From assembly GCA_963842525.1 (NCBI GenBank), contig CAWJGT010000014.1, forward strand, positions 196,602 through 260,601: 64,000 bases of DNA, given 5' to 3'. The notes under the pieces are model-generated. The model was not told the origin of the DNA. It ran no database searches and saw nothing but the letters and a program-made list of their open reading frames with translations. The DNA comes from an uncultured Holophagales bacterium. GTDB taxonomy: Bacteria > Acidobacteriota > Thermoanaerobaculia > Multivoradales > UBA5704. This document shows, piece by piece, positions 45,298-56,700 of the stretch; position 1 is the stretch's first letter, and the number at the start of each line of letters is the position of its first letter. The position numbers and the translations under genes were made by a program.

Positions 45298-48200
45298 ATG
45301 TCGTACTCTCCACTCTTCTGCCCGATCTGTCAGGCCGAGGTCAGCGAGTTCGACCAGTATTGTGGAGTCTGCGGCACCGTGCTCGCGCACCTGCGCTGGC
45401 GCTCGCCGGACGAGGAGAGCTGGCATTCGGGGGACGGCCATCTCGCGGTGCGCGTAGGCGCGCAGCAGGCGTACGTGCGCTTCCGCAACGAAGGCGTGGT
45501 GGCGGCGATGCTCGTTCTGCGCGCCGAGGACATCGCGCTGCTGCCGGACTGGGTGGACCGCGACAAGCTCAAGGAGCAGATCCTGGTCTCGCCGCCGGGC
45601 TCCAATGAGACGCAGCTCGTCATCCCGCTCGTTCCCTCCCGGCTCGAGCCGGTCTTCGAGTCGCCGGACAACGCTCCTCCGGGCCATCTGCAACGCGAGG
45701 CCCATCTGCCCTTCTTCACGCATCTGAACGAGCTGCGGGACGGGCGCTGGACGTCGCGCCCCTTCAAGCTGACCCTGCTCGCCGCCCGCCTGCCCTGGGT
45801 TGCGCCGGCCTCCTCGTTCTATCCATTCCTGCCGGTCGAGCGTCTGGCGGGTAAGGGCATCGAGCAACAGATCGAGGTGCACAACGAGACCATCCAGGCT
45901 CTTGAGCTCTCCAAGATCTGGATCTCCGACGAGCGTTCCGACTCCGACGAGCTACCGGCCGAGGCCGTCCTGAGCTATGAGCTTCCCGAGCAACGACGGA
46001 TCGAAGCCGGCGGGACCTGGAGCCATGTCCTGCGGCTTTCCATTCCCGCGTCGTATGACGCGGTTGGACAGTTCTCCGGCAGGATCGAGTACCTGTGGGA
46101 GAGCGCCGACCGGCGTGAGAGCCATCGTCTCTGCTACTGCGTGCGCGGGCGCGTCGGCCGCGGGCCCACGCTCCAAGTCAAGGGACCTGCGAGCCTGGCC
46201 GTGCCGCAGACTCGGATTTCCGCGGAGCATGGCTTCTCCATGGAAAATCCTGGCCACATCCCCGTGCGGGTCGAGTCGATCGAAGTGTTGCGCGAGCGGG
46301 GCGGCAAGGAGGAGCCCGCGGCCGATCGCGACTGGCTATCGCTCGCCGGTCTTACCGGGGGGGACGTGCTCAGGCCCAAGGAGGTCCGCACGCTTTCCGT
46401 ACGGATCGATCCCTCGCGCCGCCCGCAAGACGAGTTGGAGGAGGAGTATTGCCAGCGGAGCATCCGCATCCGGCACGACGGCATGCCGAGCCCGATCGAG
46501 CGGTCGGTCGATCTCGCGGTCTCCGTCCGCTTCGGCAGGGCCAGGGAGTTTACTGCGGGCATCGACTTCGGCACGACCAACTCCGTGGTCTGCATTGGCG
46601 ATTTCACACAGGCCTACCCGTTGCGGCTCGAGACCACTGCCGCCAGCGAGCGGAACCGCATCCGCTCGTTGATCTATTTCGACAGCGATGCCGGTAGCAC
46701 CGACGAACAGTTCCTTTTCGGCGAAGTGGCCGTCAGATCCGCGGCGATCCGCCCGGAGAACCTCGTGCGCAGCATCAAGACGGTCGTCGCCCGCGATCTC
46801 AAGACGAAGTATGTTTTTCACAAGCTCATCTCGGGGCAGGGCGACCAGCAGGTGGCCAAGACGCCGCAAGACCTCCTCGATCTGTTCATCGCCGAGCTGC
46901 GGTCCCGGGGCGAGATCGGAGTGAACCATCTGGCAGTGGAGGCTCTCGATGCCCTGGGGCTCGACATCGGAACCCGGATCACGCTCAGCCGAGCGGTCTT
47001 CAGCCATCCGGTCGAGACGACCGAGGAGGGACAGCGGGCGCTCCTGGCGGCGGCCCACGGCGCCGGCATCAACGTGTCGGTGAAAGATGTCGAAGACTTC
47101 TTCGAGCAGTGCTGCATTGACGAGGCGACGGCCGCCGTTCTCGCCTATGTGGCGGGCCGAGTCCAGGAGTCGCCGATCCTCGACCTGCCGCCGGCCGACT
47201 GCGAGCGGGTGCTCTGCTTCGACATGGGTGGGGGCACGACCGACCTCGCCACCGTGGAGGTGCTCCAGATGGCCTCGTTCCTTACCGATCCTTCAGGCGA
47301 GACCCGCGTGATCGTGAACTTGGAGAACAAGGGTGGCTCTCGCTTCGGCGGCGACGATCTGGACGAGATGCTCGCCTCCATGATCCTCGCCGAGGTCAAA
47401 CGGCAGAGCGAGGAGCGTGGCGCTCCCGTGATCGCCGAGGACATCGAGCGCGCCATCAAGGCCCATTCCTATTCGGACTTCAAGAGCGACTTCCACCACC
47501 GGCATGCTCCGGCGGGCGAGCAGGACCCGACCGCGGAGGAGACGAGAGCCGAGGACGAGGCGCTCGGCATCTACAAGCTGGCGACCGAGATCCTGAAAAA
47601 GGCCGAGGAGGCCAAGTGCAAGCTTTCCGCGACGTCGAAGCCCGACCTCATCGTGCTGCCGGGCACCGGCTGGCCGCGCCAGGGGCCGGATGCACAGGCG
47701 GCCGCCGCCGAGAACTTCAATATCGAGCTGCGCCGGGACGACTTCGAGGTGAAGGTGCGGAATGAGGTGCGCAAGCAGCTCCTGCCCCGTCTCGACAGCG
47801 TAGTGAGCGGAGCCGAATGGGATTGGCCTTCGGTCACCACCCTCCTCTTCACCGGCCAGAGCTCTCGCGTCCCGGTGATCCGGCAGGAGGTGACGGCTCA
47901 CGTCAAGCAGAGGCGAGGCTCCGAGGCGCCGCCTCTCCTTCTCCTCGAGCCCGGGCAGGAGAGGTTCGATCCCAAGAACTGTGTGGCCATCGGTGCCGCC
48001 ATCTGGGGGAGCAACCGGACTGCGGGCTCCTGGCTGGATATCCGCAACCGCGTCCGCGAGCGCCTGACCTTCGATCTGGTCACCAGGATCGGACCCCGCT
48101 TCCGGCCGGTGCGGGGGCTCAACAAAGGCCAAAGTCTGCCCGCGCAAGGTGTGGTCCCGGTCCAGAAGGGAGTGAATGTGCTGACGCTGCACCGGGATGG

Positions 48201-48336
48201 GAGCCGAGAGCCCTATGTGAGATTCCGCTTCCCACCGTTGCGGGAGACCGGCGAGCTCACGGTCCGGGTCAACGGACCAAGCGAATACACCCTTGTCGTG
48301 GATGGATACGAAGTCAAGGGAGAGGTGAGGCCATGA
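45298..48336 (+). CDS. Zn-ribbon + Ig-like domains + Hsp70/actin-fold ATPase
   Basis: CPIC..CGVC; GIDFGTTNS, IDEATAA, FDMGGGTTD, FGGDDLD, TGQSSRVP, VAIGAA. Confidence 0.85.
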   Translation: MSYSPLFCPICQAEVSEFDQYCGVCGTVLAHLRWRSPDEESWHSGDGHLAVRVGAQQAYVRFRNEGVVAAMLVLRAEDIALLPDWVDRDKLKEQILVSPPGSNETQLVIPLVPSRLEPVFESPDNAPPGHLQREAHLPFFTHLNELRDGRWTSRPFKLTLLAARLPWVAPASSFYPFLPVERLAGKGIEQQIEVHNETIQALELSKIWISDERSDSDELPAEAVLSYELPEQRRIEAGGTWSHVLRLSIPASYDAVGQFSGRIEYLWESADRRESHRLCYCVRGRVGRGPTLQVKGPASLAVPQTRISAEHGFSMENPGHIPVRVESIEVLRERGGKEEPAADRDWLSLAGLTGGDVLRPKEVRTLSVRIDPSRRPQDELEEEYCQRSIRIRHDGMPSPIERSVDLAVSVRFGRAREFTAGIDFGTTNSVVCIGDFTQAYPLRLETTAASERNRIRSLIYFDSDAGSTDEQFLFGEVAVRSAAIRPENLVRSIKTVVARDLKTKYVFHKLISGQGDQQVAKTPQDLLDLFIAELRSRGEIGVNHLAVEALDALGLDIGTRITLSRAVFSHPVETTEEGQRALLAAAHGAGINVSVKDVEDFFEQCCIDEATAAVLAYVAGRVQESPILDLPPADCERVLCFDMGGGTTDLATVEVLQMASFLTDPSGETRVIVNLENKGGSRFGGDDLDEMLASMILAEVKRQSEERGAPVIAEDIERAIKAHSYSDFKSDFHHRHAPAGEQDPTAEETRAEDEALGIYKLATEILKKAEEAKCKLSATSKPDLIVLPGTGWPRQGPDAQAAAAENFNIELRRDDFEVKVRNEVRKQLLPRLDSVVSGAEWDWPSVTTLLFTGQSSRVPVIRQEVTAHVKQRRGSEAPPLLLLEPGQERFDPKNCVAIGAAIWGSNRTAGSWLDIRNRVRERLTFDLVTRIGPRFRPVRGLNKGQSLPAQGVVPVQKGVNVLTLHRDGSREPYVRFRFPPLRETGELTVRVNGPSEYTLVVDGYEVKGEVRP

Positions 48337-49457
48337 AGCACTCCGTTTGCCTGGGACTCGGTACAGCCCTCTTCCTGCTGGTCTCGACGTTCGCTGCGGC
48401 GCAGCCAGCGCGATCGGGGCCGCCAGCACCGGATGCAACGAACGCCGCCGCCGCCCCTGCGGCTGCCGAGGACCCCGCCTCGGCGGCCCAGCGCAAGCTC
48501 CAGCAGGATGTCAACCAGGCGCGGCAACGCGTCGAGAAGCTCATGCGCCAGCTCCAGACCGCTTCCGCGGCGCAGGTCGAAACGGTTCTGGACAACCAGC
48601 GGCGCCTGGAAGCGCTGGCAGGGACGGCTCTAGGGCTCCTCGCCTTGACCGTCCTGCTCTCCTCCGCAGGCCTGGTGCTCGCCCTGCAGCAGCGCAGGGC
48701 CCTCCAGTCCCTGGCGCGGGAGGAGAGAGGCCGCGGCGCAGAGATCCCGGCGGCGCCCGCCTCGGAGGCAGACGCGGGCCCGGGAAAAGGCGCTTCCGGC
48801 GATCTCCCCTCCACTCCCGGATCAGGAGCGGCCACAGCCGGCGGCGACCCGGCGCCTCCGGCGCAGGACACCGGACAGCTCGCTGCGGTGTCCGAAGATG
48901 AGGAAGAGACGCTGTCCTCGTTGCCTCCCGGGATGCGCCATCGCGAGGTCGCCCTCCTGCTGGCCGGGTTGTGCCGGGAGGCTCCCCGGCTCGCCGAGCG
49001 CTTCGCCAGCAGCGAGCTGCGCAAACAGTTCCGCGGCGAGCTCGACGCGCCCGTGCACGCCCGGCTGGACCGGTTGATAGCCCTCTCCGAACAGGACGAC
49101 GGCCTGTTGCAGGAGCGCTGGCTGGGTCCCGACCTGGTGACCACGCTCGACGCGCTGGCCCGCTTCTACTCCGCTGCCGTGGTCGAGGAGAGGAACGGCC
49201 ACGGCGCGGGCCTCGCCCGCGATCTGCACCGCTGGCTTTACGATGCCTTCGGCGCCGCCTGCCGCGACGAAGGCTGGTTCGCCATCGATCCGATCGAGCC
49301 CTACAAGACGAAGTTCAATCCGCAGATCCATTGCGCCGTGGGCGGCCGCGACGTCGACGGAGCCAAAGGACAGATCATCGCTATTCGCGCGATCGGCCAG
49401 CGCGACGCCAGGACCGACGCCGTGAAGCACCCGGCGGAAGTCATCGTGGGACGCTGA
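48333..49457 (+). CDS. signal peptide + coiled coil + TM + GrpE-like C-terminal domain
   Basis: ATGA overlap with the Hsp70-like gene; KFNPQIHCAV..GQIIAIRAIG..PAEVIV matches the GrpE head pattern. Confidence 0.65.
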   Translation: MKHSVCLGLGTALFLLVSTFAAAQPARSGPPAPDATNAAAAPAAAEDPASAAQRKLQQDVNQARQRVEKLMRQLQTASAAQVETVLDNQRRLEALAGTALGLLALTVLLSSAGLVLALQQRRALQSLAREERGRGAEIPAAPASEADAGPGKGASGDLPSTPGSGAATAGGDPAPPAQDTGQLAAVSEDEEETLSSLPPGMRHREVALLLAGLCREAPRLAERFASSELRKQFRGELDAPVHARLDRLIALSEQDDGLLQERWLGPDLVTTLDALARFYSAAVVEERNGHGAGLARDLHRWLYDAFGAACRDEGWFAIDPIEPYKTKFNPQIHCAVGGRDVDGAKGQIIAIRAIGQRDARTDAVKHPAEVIVGR

Positions 49458-49459
49458 GC

Positions 49460-51114
49460 ATGGCCGAGCCTCGCCAAATCGCCTGAATGGGATCGCTGGG
49501 ACCGCGACAACCAGCGGTTCACCACGCCGAGCCGGTGCCCGTATCCGGATTGCGCGGAGCCGGTCGACCCGATCCATGCCGTCGAGCCGACGCTCGGATG
49601 GTGCGCCGCCTGCAACCGGCCGTACGAGATCGCGCCGTTCCGGCCCACCGCCGACGATGCGCCGATCGAGCTCAACCGCCGTCCGGCGAGCGCCTACTGC
49701 ACCTACAACGGCCAACTCCTCACCGCGCATTCGGTGCTCGACTGGGGCGAGGCCGGCGGCGAGCCCGGCCGGAGCTATTGCCTGGAAGATGCGCGGGGCG
49801 CGGTCTTCGGCTCCCCCTCGATGCGGCGGATCCTCCGCATCAAAGAGGACTGGAGCCAGCCTTCGATCCTGAGCTCCCGCGGCGACGACGACGACTTTGT
49901 CTCCTCGGTCTCCGTGGTGCGCGGCAAGGTCGTGGCCGTGACGGCCCGCGGCTGGGTCGGCCTGTTCGATGCCGCGAGCGGCGATCCGGCGCGGGGACCG
50001 GGAGACGGAGACCTGCCGGTCCGCCCGCTCGCTTGGCCGACCGGCTCCACCGACCCGCTGGACCCCCTACGGGCCGTCCGCCATCCTCCCGCCTTCCGCG
50101 GGACCCAGATGGTGCTGGCCGCACCGCACGAGGCCCAGTTCCGCGAGCTCAAGACCGCGCTCTTTCCTGGCCGCGGCGTTGCCGCGCGCGGGCATCGGAT
50201 GGTCACCCCCGAAGCGGGTCTCTACTTCCTCGGCCCGCCGCTCGGCATCGACGGCCTGGAGAGCCGCCTCATTTTCTGTCTGCTCGAAGGGCGCGAGAAC
50301 TCCGAGACGAAGACCATCGAGGAAGCGAAGCTGCGCTTTTTCGATGAAACCGGCCAGGAGATCGCGCGCTGCCCCGCACCCGGCATCGCGCGCCCACCCG
50401 TGTTCGAACCGGCGCCTCGGACGAATCATTTGGGTCGACGAGCAAGGCGCCCTCTCGACGTTCGCGAGCCGCGAGATCGGCCGCCAGGGAGCCCTCCCGG
50501 AGATGACCGGACTCCCGGATCCGATCCTCGCGGTGGAGGCCAACCTCCGTCCGACCTTCGCCGTCGCGCGGAATGCCCAGGGGCGCTCGGAGGTCTGGCT
50601 GACGACCACGCGTCCGGACGGGGGGGTCGATTTCCAGCGCACAATGCTCGACGAGGCGCCGGCCCGCCGGTCTGCGGTCTTTGGCTGGCAGACGCAGAGC
50701 CTGCCCGGCATCGGCCAGGTCATGGGCTTCGCCGCGGGGATCGGATCGAGCCACCGCAACAATGCGGCGAGCCAACTGGTCGCCGTGGCCACTGATCGGC
50801 AGGTGCTGACGCTCGATCGCTCCAACCTCGCGGGAGTTCTCCGGGTGCCGATGGAAGGTCCCGAAGCCCTCGGCGTGCGGGGGTCGTATGATGTGCCCAT
50901 CATCTGCTCGGCCGGGGTGATCGCCCGTCTCCAGGGGAGTGTCTCGATCGATTTCCAGGGTCTCGGCTGGAGCGACGAGACGTTCCAACCGAAAGCGACC
51001 GTTCCCGGCCTCTACCAGAGGGCGCAGGGGATGGCGATGTTCGGACGCCGGATCTATATCGGCCACGGGATGGGAGTGCGCAGCTATCTCGTCCTCGTCG
51101 AGGAGATCCCATGA
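49460..51114 (+). CDS. Zn-ribbon + beta-propeller-like protein, apparently broken by +1 indels at ~49462 and ~50408
   Basis: frame open from 49458 (CPYPDC..CAAC..CTYNG); removing one A near 50408 gives VFDRRLGRIIWVDE and joins the ORFs. Confidence 0.55.
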
Positions 51115-53126
51115 GAGGCCGGCCCCTCCTCCCGTTGTTGTCCCTGACGGGGCTCGCGCTGCTGATCGTCGCGCAGGGCTGCGTCGGCAAGGGCCCGTTG
51201 CCGTCCTGCCCAGGCGAGGAGGCGGGCACGCTCGCGGGCGGAAACCTTCCCGAGGTTCCGCCGCAGGCCGTTTCCGATCCCACCGCTGGTGGCGTTCTGC
51301 ACGGCCGGTCCACGCGGCGCGACGGACCGCATAAGATGATCCTGCTGCTCGACTACTCGGGGAGCATGTACGGCGGCTACGGCAAGCCCCAGGTTGCCGG
51401 CTGCGCCCGCTGCGCCGCCGGGCTCGTGGACGGCCGGCCGTCGCGCTCCACGCAGCCGTACTACGTCGCGACCCCCAAGCTCCAGGAGTTTCTCGCCCGC
51501 TGGCTCGATGCCGCGACCCCCGCCGCCGGGGATCTCGGGCTCGAGATCCTCCTCTTCAACGGCCAGGTCTTCCGTCTCGGCGAGAGCGGTGTGGAGCCCT
51601 TCGCGCCGTCGACGGAGCTGCGCTTCGCGCGGCGGATCTCGCAGGCGAGCTCCGAGGAAATCGCCTCCTGGCTGCGCCATATCCCGGGCAATCCCTACAA
51701 GGTGGACCCCCAGGCGCCCAACACCACCGACAGCCGTGCCGCCCTGGAAGCTGCTCTCGCGGCGGTCTCGGACGACGAGGCGATCCTCTGGCTGATCAGC
51801 GACAACATCGTCGATACCGGAGGCGGGACCGTCGCCGATCCGGAAGCCCGGCTCACCACCGAGTTCTACCGCGCGCTGGATGCCGATCCCCGAGTGCAGA
51901 TGATCTCGGCCTATCCGATCTTCCGCGCCGAGAGCTGCTCCTGGATGTGCAGCACCTCTCTCTTCGCCTACGGCATGTACGTCTCCCCGTTCGAGCGGCC
52001 GCCGAGCGCTGAGTTCCATCGCCTGGGCGGCACGACGGGGGGCGGCCCTACCGCCGACGGGTTGCTGTGGAACGAGGCCATGCGGCAACTCGCCATCGAG
52101 TACAGCGGCGAGGCGGCCAGTGTCGGGCGGGGGGATCTGGCCGGCGTCCCCATCCGCCTCAAGCCGATCGATACCGAAACCCTCACGATCGCATTTGGGC
52201 GCCCGGCGCTGCGCTGCGCGCGCGCCGAGTTCGGACAGGACCTGCGCTGCCGGGCGCGCATCGAGGTGCAGAACGCCCTGCGCCATCAGACGGTCGACTC
52301 GGCCCGGCTCAGCCTCTCGAACGAGATCCTCCGGCCGCGCAAGGAACGCAGGAAAGACCGCCTCTCCTGGGCGTCGGCCGTCTGCGCGGGCCAGGTCCAG
52401 ACCCTCTCCTGGCGAACCCTGGACGGCCGCCAGGGCCGCGGCGACGAGCCAATCGAGATCGGACCTCTCGAACCCCTCCAGAAATCAACCGTCGAGGTGA
52501 GCTTCAGGCTTCCGCCCGTCCAGGTGGACATGGCGCGCCGCTCGACTCTGTTCAACGTGGCCTTCACCAACCAGATCTTCCTCGACGGTCAACTCCGCGC
52601 GGACATCGAGGACTTCCGTACGTCACTGACGATCCACCCGAGCCGCTTTGCCAGCGTCTACGGCTCCGCTCAGCTTCCGGCCATCTTCCGCAAGCGCGAG
52701 GTCGGCTCGGCGAGCACTACCTACCGCATCCAGGCTCTGCTCGCCAACGACGGCCAGGCGCTCGCCCTGCTCGTGCTGATCGCCGGCGGCGGCCTTGCCG
52801 CCCTGGTCGCCTTGGTGGCGATGCGCTTCCAGAGGAAGCAGCTCACCGTCGTCGTCGACGGCGTCGAGACCGCGCGGCTCAGCCTGCCGCGGTGGAGCCG
52901 CCGCGAGGTGGAGATCGGGGGCACGGTGCGGGCCTTCATTCATCGCGGTTGGGGAGCCGACTACAAGATCGTTCCCAAGCGAGGCGTTCGCCTCCGACGG
53001 GACGGTGCGGCGTGGATCCTCAAGATCGGCGACGATATCGGCCAGGAGCATCGGCTGGAGATCCGGCGCGGCTGGTCGTCCGCCAGACCGAAAACGCAGC
53101 TCGGAAGCCGGATGGACAACTGGTGA
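51111..53126 (+). CDS. exported vWA-like protein with C-terminal TM and cytoplasmic beta domain
   Basis: signal/lipobox-like N-terminus; LLLDYSGSM (MIDAS DxSxS), TDS, WLISD; TM ALLVLIAGGGLAALVALVAM. Confidence 0.7.
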   Translation: MRGRPLLPLLSLTGLALLIVAQGCVGKGPLPSCPGEEAGTLAGGNLPEVPPQAVSDPTAGGVLHGRSTRRDGPHKMILLLDYSGSMYGGYGKPQVAGCARCAAGLVDGRPSRSTQPYYVATPKLQEFLARWLDAATPAAGDLGLEILLFNGQVFRLGESGVEPFAPSTELRFARRISQASSEEIASWLRHIPGNPYKVDPQAPNTTDSRAALEAALAAVSDDEAILWLISDNIVDTGGGTVADPEARLTTEFYRALDADPRVQMISAYPIFRAESCSWMCSTSLFAYGMYVSPFERPPSAEFHRLGGTTGGGPTADGLLWNEAMRQLAIEYSGEAASVGRGDLAGVPIRLKPIDTETLTIAFGRPALRCARAEFGQDLRCRARIEVQNALRHQTVDSARLSLSNEILRPRKERRKDRLSWASAVCAGQVQTLSWRTLDGRQGRGDEPIEIGPLEPLQKSTVEVSFRLPPVQVDMARRSTLFNVAFTNQIFLDGQLRADIEDFRTSLTIHPSRFASVYGSAQLPAIFRKREVGSASTTYRIQALLANDGQALALLVLIAGGGLAALVALVAMRFQRKQLTVVVDGVETARLSLPRWSRREVEIGGTVRAFIHRGWGADYKIVPKRGVRLRRDGAAWILKIGDDIGQEHRLEIRRGWSSARPKTQLGSRMDNW

Positions 53127-53195
53127 ACGAGGATCCGATATGCGGTTTAACAATTTCCAGATGATTGGGTCTAATCTTAAAGGAGAGCTCTTGCC

Positions 53196-53705
53196 ATGAC
53201 CGAGACTCGACTCGTCCGGCGCCGCGGCGCCGCACAGCTCCGGGCGGCCCTGCCGGCCGCCCTGCTCCTCTTCCTGGTCGCGGCGTGGATCTTGCCGGTC
53301 CAAGTCCGGGCCCAGGAGCCGGACCCCGGCTCGGAGACGGCGGCGGTGGAACCGGACGACACCGCCGGCGTGGACGAATCGACCGAGCCGGAGGAAGAGT
53401 GTCTGCCGCCCTCGACCCAGGAGTGGGTGTTGATCGCGGCTGGCACGGTCGTCATCTTTCTCGTCTGTTTCTTCCTCCTGGTGCGGGTGGTGCAGCGGTA
53501 TTTCATCCGCCGCGACTGGAGCGCCACTCTCGGGCGCCACTCGGGCATCTCCCTGATCCTTTTCCTCAGCTCGTTGGGGATGCTCCCCCTCGGCTACCTG
53601 GTCACCGGCTGTGTCCATCCGCAGTTTTGGGTGTGGCTCCTCTTTCCCCTGGCCTTGTGGGTGATCCACGGCCTGTACGTTCTGGTAGTCGTCCGCAGCG
53701 AGTGA
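53196..53705 (+). CDS. small membrane protein (signal peptide, acidic linker, 3 TM)
   Basis: AAGGAG RBS; hydrophobicity pattern. Confidence 0.75.
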   Translation: MTETRLVRRRGAAQLRAALPAALLLFLVAAWILPVQVRAQEPDPGSETAAVEPDDTAGVDESTEPEEECLPPSTQEWVLIAAGTVVIFLVCFFLLVRVVQRYFIRRDWSATLGRHSGISLILFLSSLGMLPLGYLVTGCVHPQFWVWLLFPLALWVIHGLYVLVVVRSE

Positions 53706-53730
53706 ACCGTGATCGAAGGGAGGACATCCC

Positions 53731-56700
53731 ATGGTTGAAACATCTGTGATGACTAGGCGCATCATCGGCGGCGTCAGCGAAGCCGAAGAGGCCGATTACA
53801 CCAAGCGTCTCGAGGAAGAGGCCAGGAAGCGGGAGCGCGGGATCTACCCGCGCACCATCTTCATTGCGCTCGGCGGCACCGGCGCCAAAGCGCTGATGCA
53901 TATGCGCCGGATGGTCATCGAACGCTTCGGCGGCCTCGACAGCCTCGAAGGCGTCGCCTACCTTTCGATCGACACCGATGTCCGCTCGCAGGAGCCGTCG
54001 CCCGAAGAGGAAAAGAAAAGTCCGCTCGACAAAGCGATCAGCTTTGCCAAGGACGAGCGGGTCAACGTCAAGGTCGACTTCAAGAACTACGTCGGCCCCA
54101 ATCTCATCCATCATCCCCAGATCCGCGAGTGGTGGGACGAGGCTGCCCTGCCCAACACCGAATTCAACCTGGAAATTGGGGCCGGCCAGATCCGCCAGCT
54201 TTCTCGCCTCGCTTTCTTCACCAATCGCGATGAGATCCAGGAAGGCATCGGCCGCGCCTATCGCAAGGTGACCTCGATCAGCGTCGAGGGCAGTCGCGTC
54301 GACACCGCCAGCAAGGTGAGGATCGTCATCGTCGCCGGCCTCGCCGGCGGCACCGGCTCGGGCATGCTCTTCGACCTCGCGGCCCAGCTCCAAGACCAGC
54401 TCGGTCATCATGAGACGCCAAGCCTCGAGGCCTTTCTGGTCCTGCCCGGCGGCTTCAGCACGGTCGAGCAGGGGAAGAACTATCCGAAAATCGCAGCCAA
54501 CGGCTTCGCTACCCTGAAGGAGCTGAACCATTACCTCGTCCACCCCTTCAGCGTCCGCTGGCAGGCTCAGTCGCTGCCCATCGAGGTGCTCGGCCTGTTC
54601 GAGCGGTACGTGCTTTTCTCTGGCACCAACGCCTCCAACGAGCACTTGAGCGATCTCGCGGATTGCTATCGGGCGATCGGAGAGATTCTCTTCCTCGACT
54701 TCGGCGCCGGGCCGATGGCCGGCTGGATTCAGGGCGTGCGGGTCAATCGCCAGCAATACCTGAGAAGCGCGATCACCAACACCTACCGGCTGTCGAGGCC
54801 CGACGGCGGCAGTCTGGAAACCCACGCGGATCAGTGGAAGACCGCCTTTTCGAGCGCCGGTGTCAGCAAGCTCGTCTTCCCCTCCTGGCGGCTGATCAAC
54901 AAGGCCAAATACGAGCTGGCGGCACAGATGGTCGCCCTCATGGACCCCGGCCGCATCTCCAAGCTCGCCGACATCCTCAATACCCACCGCGACCGCTTCC
55001 TTTTCGATTGCGGCTTCCTGCAGGGAGACCGGCAGACCGATCAAGGGCGCGAGACGCACTCGCAGGTGCGCGACCGGCTGGCCAAGCAGCTCAACGCCGG
55101 CCTTGAGGTCAACAACGTCTACGAGCATATCCAGAAATATCAGGAGGAGCTGGTCGGCCTCGCCGAGAACATGTACACGGAGAAGAACACGGTCGAGATG
55201 GGAGCCGAGGTGTGGAAGAAGTTGGCTAGCCTCTGGGGTGATCCCTACTCCAAGGGTAACGAGGGGGACTGGCCGAAACAGATCTGGGAGAACCGGCGGG
55301 CCCTGGCAAAGGAGGTGCATGAGCGCCTGCCGGCGGTGATCGAAGACTATCGCCGCAAGCCGGCGGTGGGATTGTCCGGCGTCATGGCGCTCCTCAAAGA
55401 GATTCTCCAGCTCCTCGAAAGGCCGGCGGAGCAGGCCCGTTACTCCGACTGGTTCCGGCAGCAGCGGCAATCGCTCAAACGGACGATGGACGAGAGCCAG
55501 ACCCTCTGGGACAAACGTCTGCGCAATGCGGACCGCGCCTCCCGCGGCATCGGCTCCAATAAGGACAACCACCAAGCCGCCGTACGCCAGGCCGCCGATG
55601 CTCTGGGCGACTACTCGCGCGCCCGCGTCAACGACTATATCTGCGATCAGGCGCCGGAGGCTCTGCGAGCCATTCGCGCCTCGCTCGCTGAGCAGCTCGG
55701 CCGGCTCGAGCGGATTTCCGAGAAAATGATGGCTCTCGAATCGGAATACCTGAGCTTCTCCCGCTTTTACGACGCTCCTCAGCGGTCGTTCATCGTCCAC
55801 GAGATCGCTCCTCCGGCCAATCTCGGGGACCTGCTCGAGCCGTATCTGGGCCGCCAACCGGAAGAACGCGCCGAACGCCTGCAGCGGCTTCTCGACAAGG
55901 GCTTGCGCCAGATGAACCTCAACGCGCTGGAGGACATCGGAGAAAAGCTGTCTGGCGAGTTTGAAAAGTTCCGCGACAACCTGGCGGCCCAGGCCTTCTA
56001 CGCCCTCCGGGGCGAAGGGGGGCGCACGGCGGCCTTCGTCGAGAACCCGGATGACGCGGTCCCCGGATTCATCGAGCGGTATTCCGTTTTCAAAGTCCTG
56101 AAAGAGAATTACAACGCGGAACAGCGCCGCGAGATGTTCGGACAACTCTTCCGAAAAGGTTTACCGTGGGCTCAGCAGAACCGCTCGGAGGCAATCGTCG
56201 TCGAGTACCGGCCTCACGGGGATGCCTTCCTCGGCTATGTCGCGGAAGAGTACCAGGACATCGCTCGGGAGATGCTCGCGCAGATGCAGGCCGGTGCCTC
56301 GACTCTCTTTTTGCCCCGGCCGGTGCGCGCCTATGATCCGTCGGAGATCATCTTCTACTCGGAGCTGACAGCCTTCCCGGCGTACTACTTGAGCGAGCTG
56401 TCGGACCTCAAGCGCCACTACGAAACCCTCCTCAACGACACCAAGAGCGTCACGCCGCTCCACATCGATCAGGACTTTCACCAGTTCCAGCCGCTCATGC
56501 CCTTTAATCCGGGGCAGCTCAGCAGCTATAAGCACGCCTGGCAACTGTTCGTCCAGGCCCAGATGCTGGGACTCGTCCGCAGCCTGCGGCTGCGCGCCGA
56601 CGACGACGTCCGTCTGGTCTATCAATGGCGGCGCAAGGTGGGGGCTTTCGACGTGCAGTGGACGGACCTCGGTGCGGAGGGGCGTGCCATTGAACGCCTC

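Noticed and set aside
45298-48336. Canonical dnaK
   Set aside because: Extra N-terminal domains, no recognisable substrate-binding/lid domain, no dnaJ
53602-56145. Long antisense ORFs (also 3262-4848, 19204-21045, 23006-24754, 24782-26434)
   Set aside because: Antisense shadows of well-supported genes in GC-rich DNA
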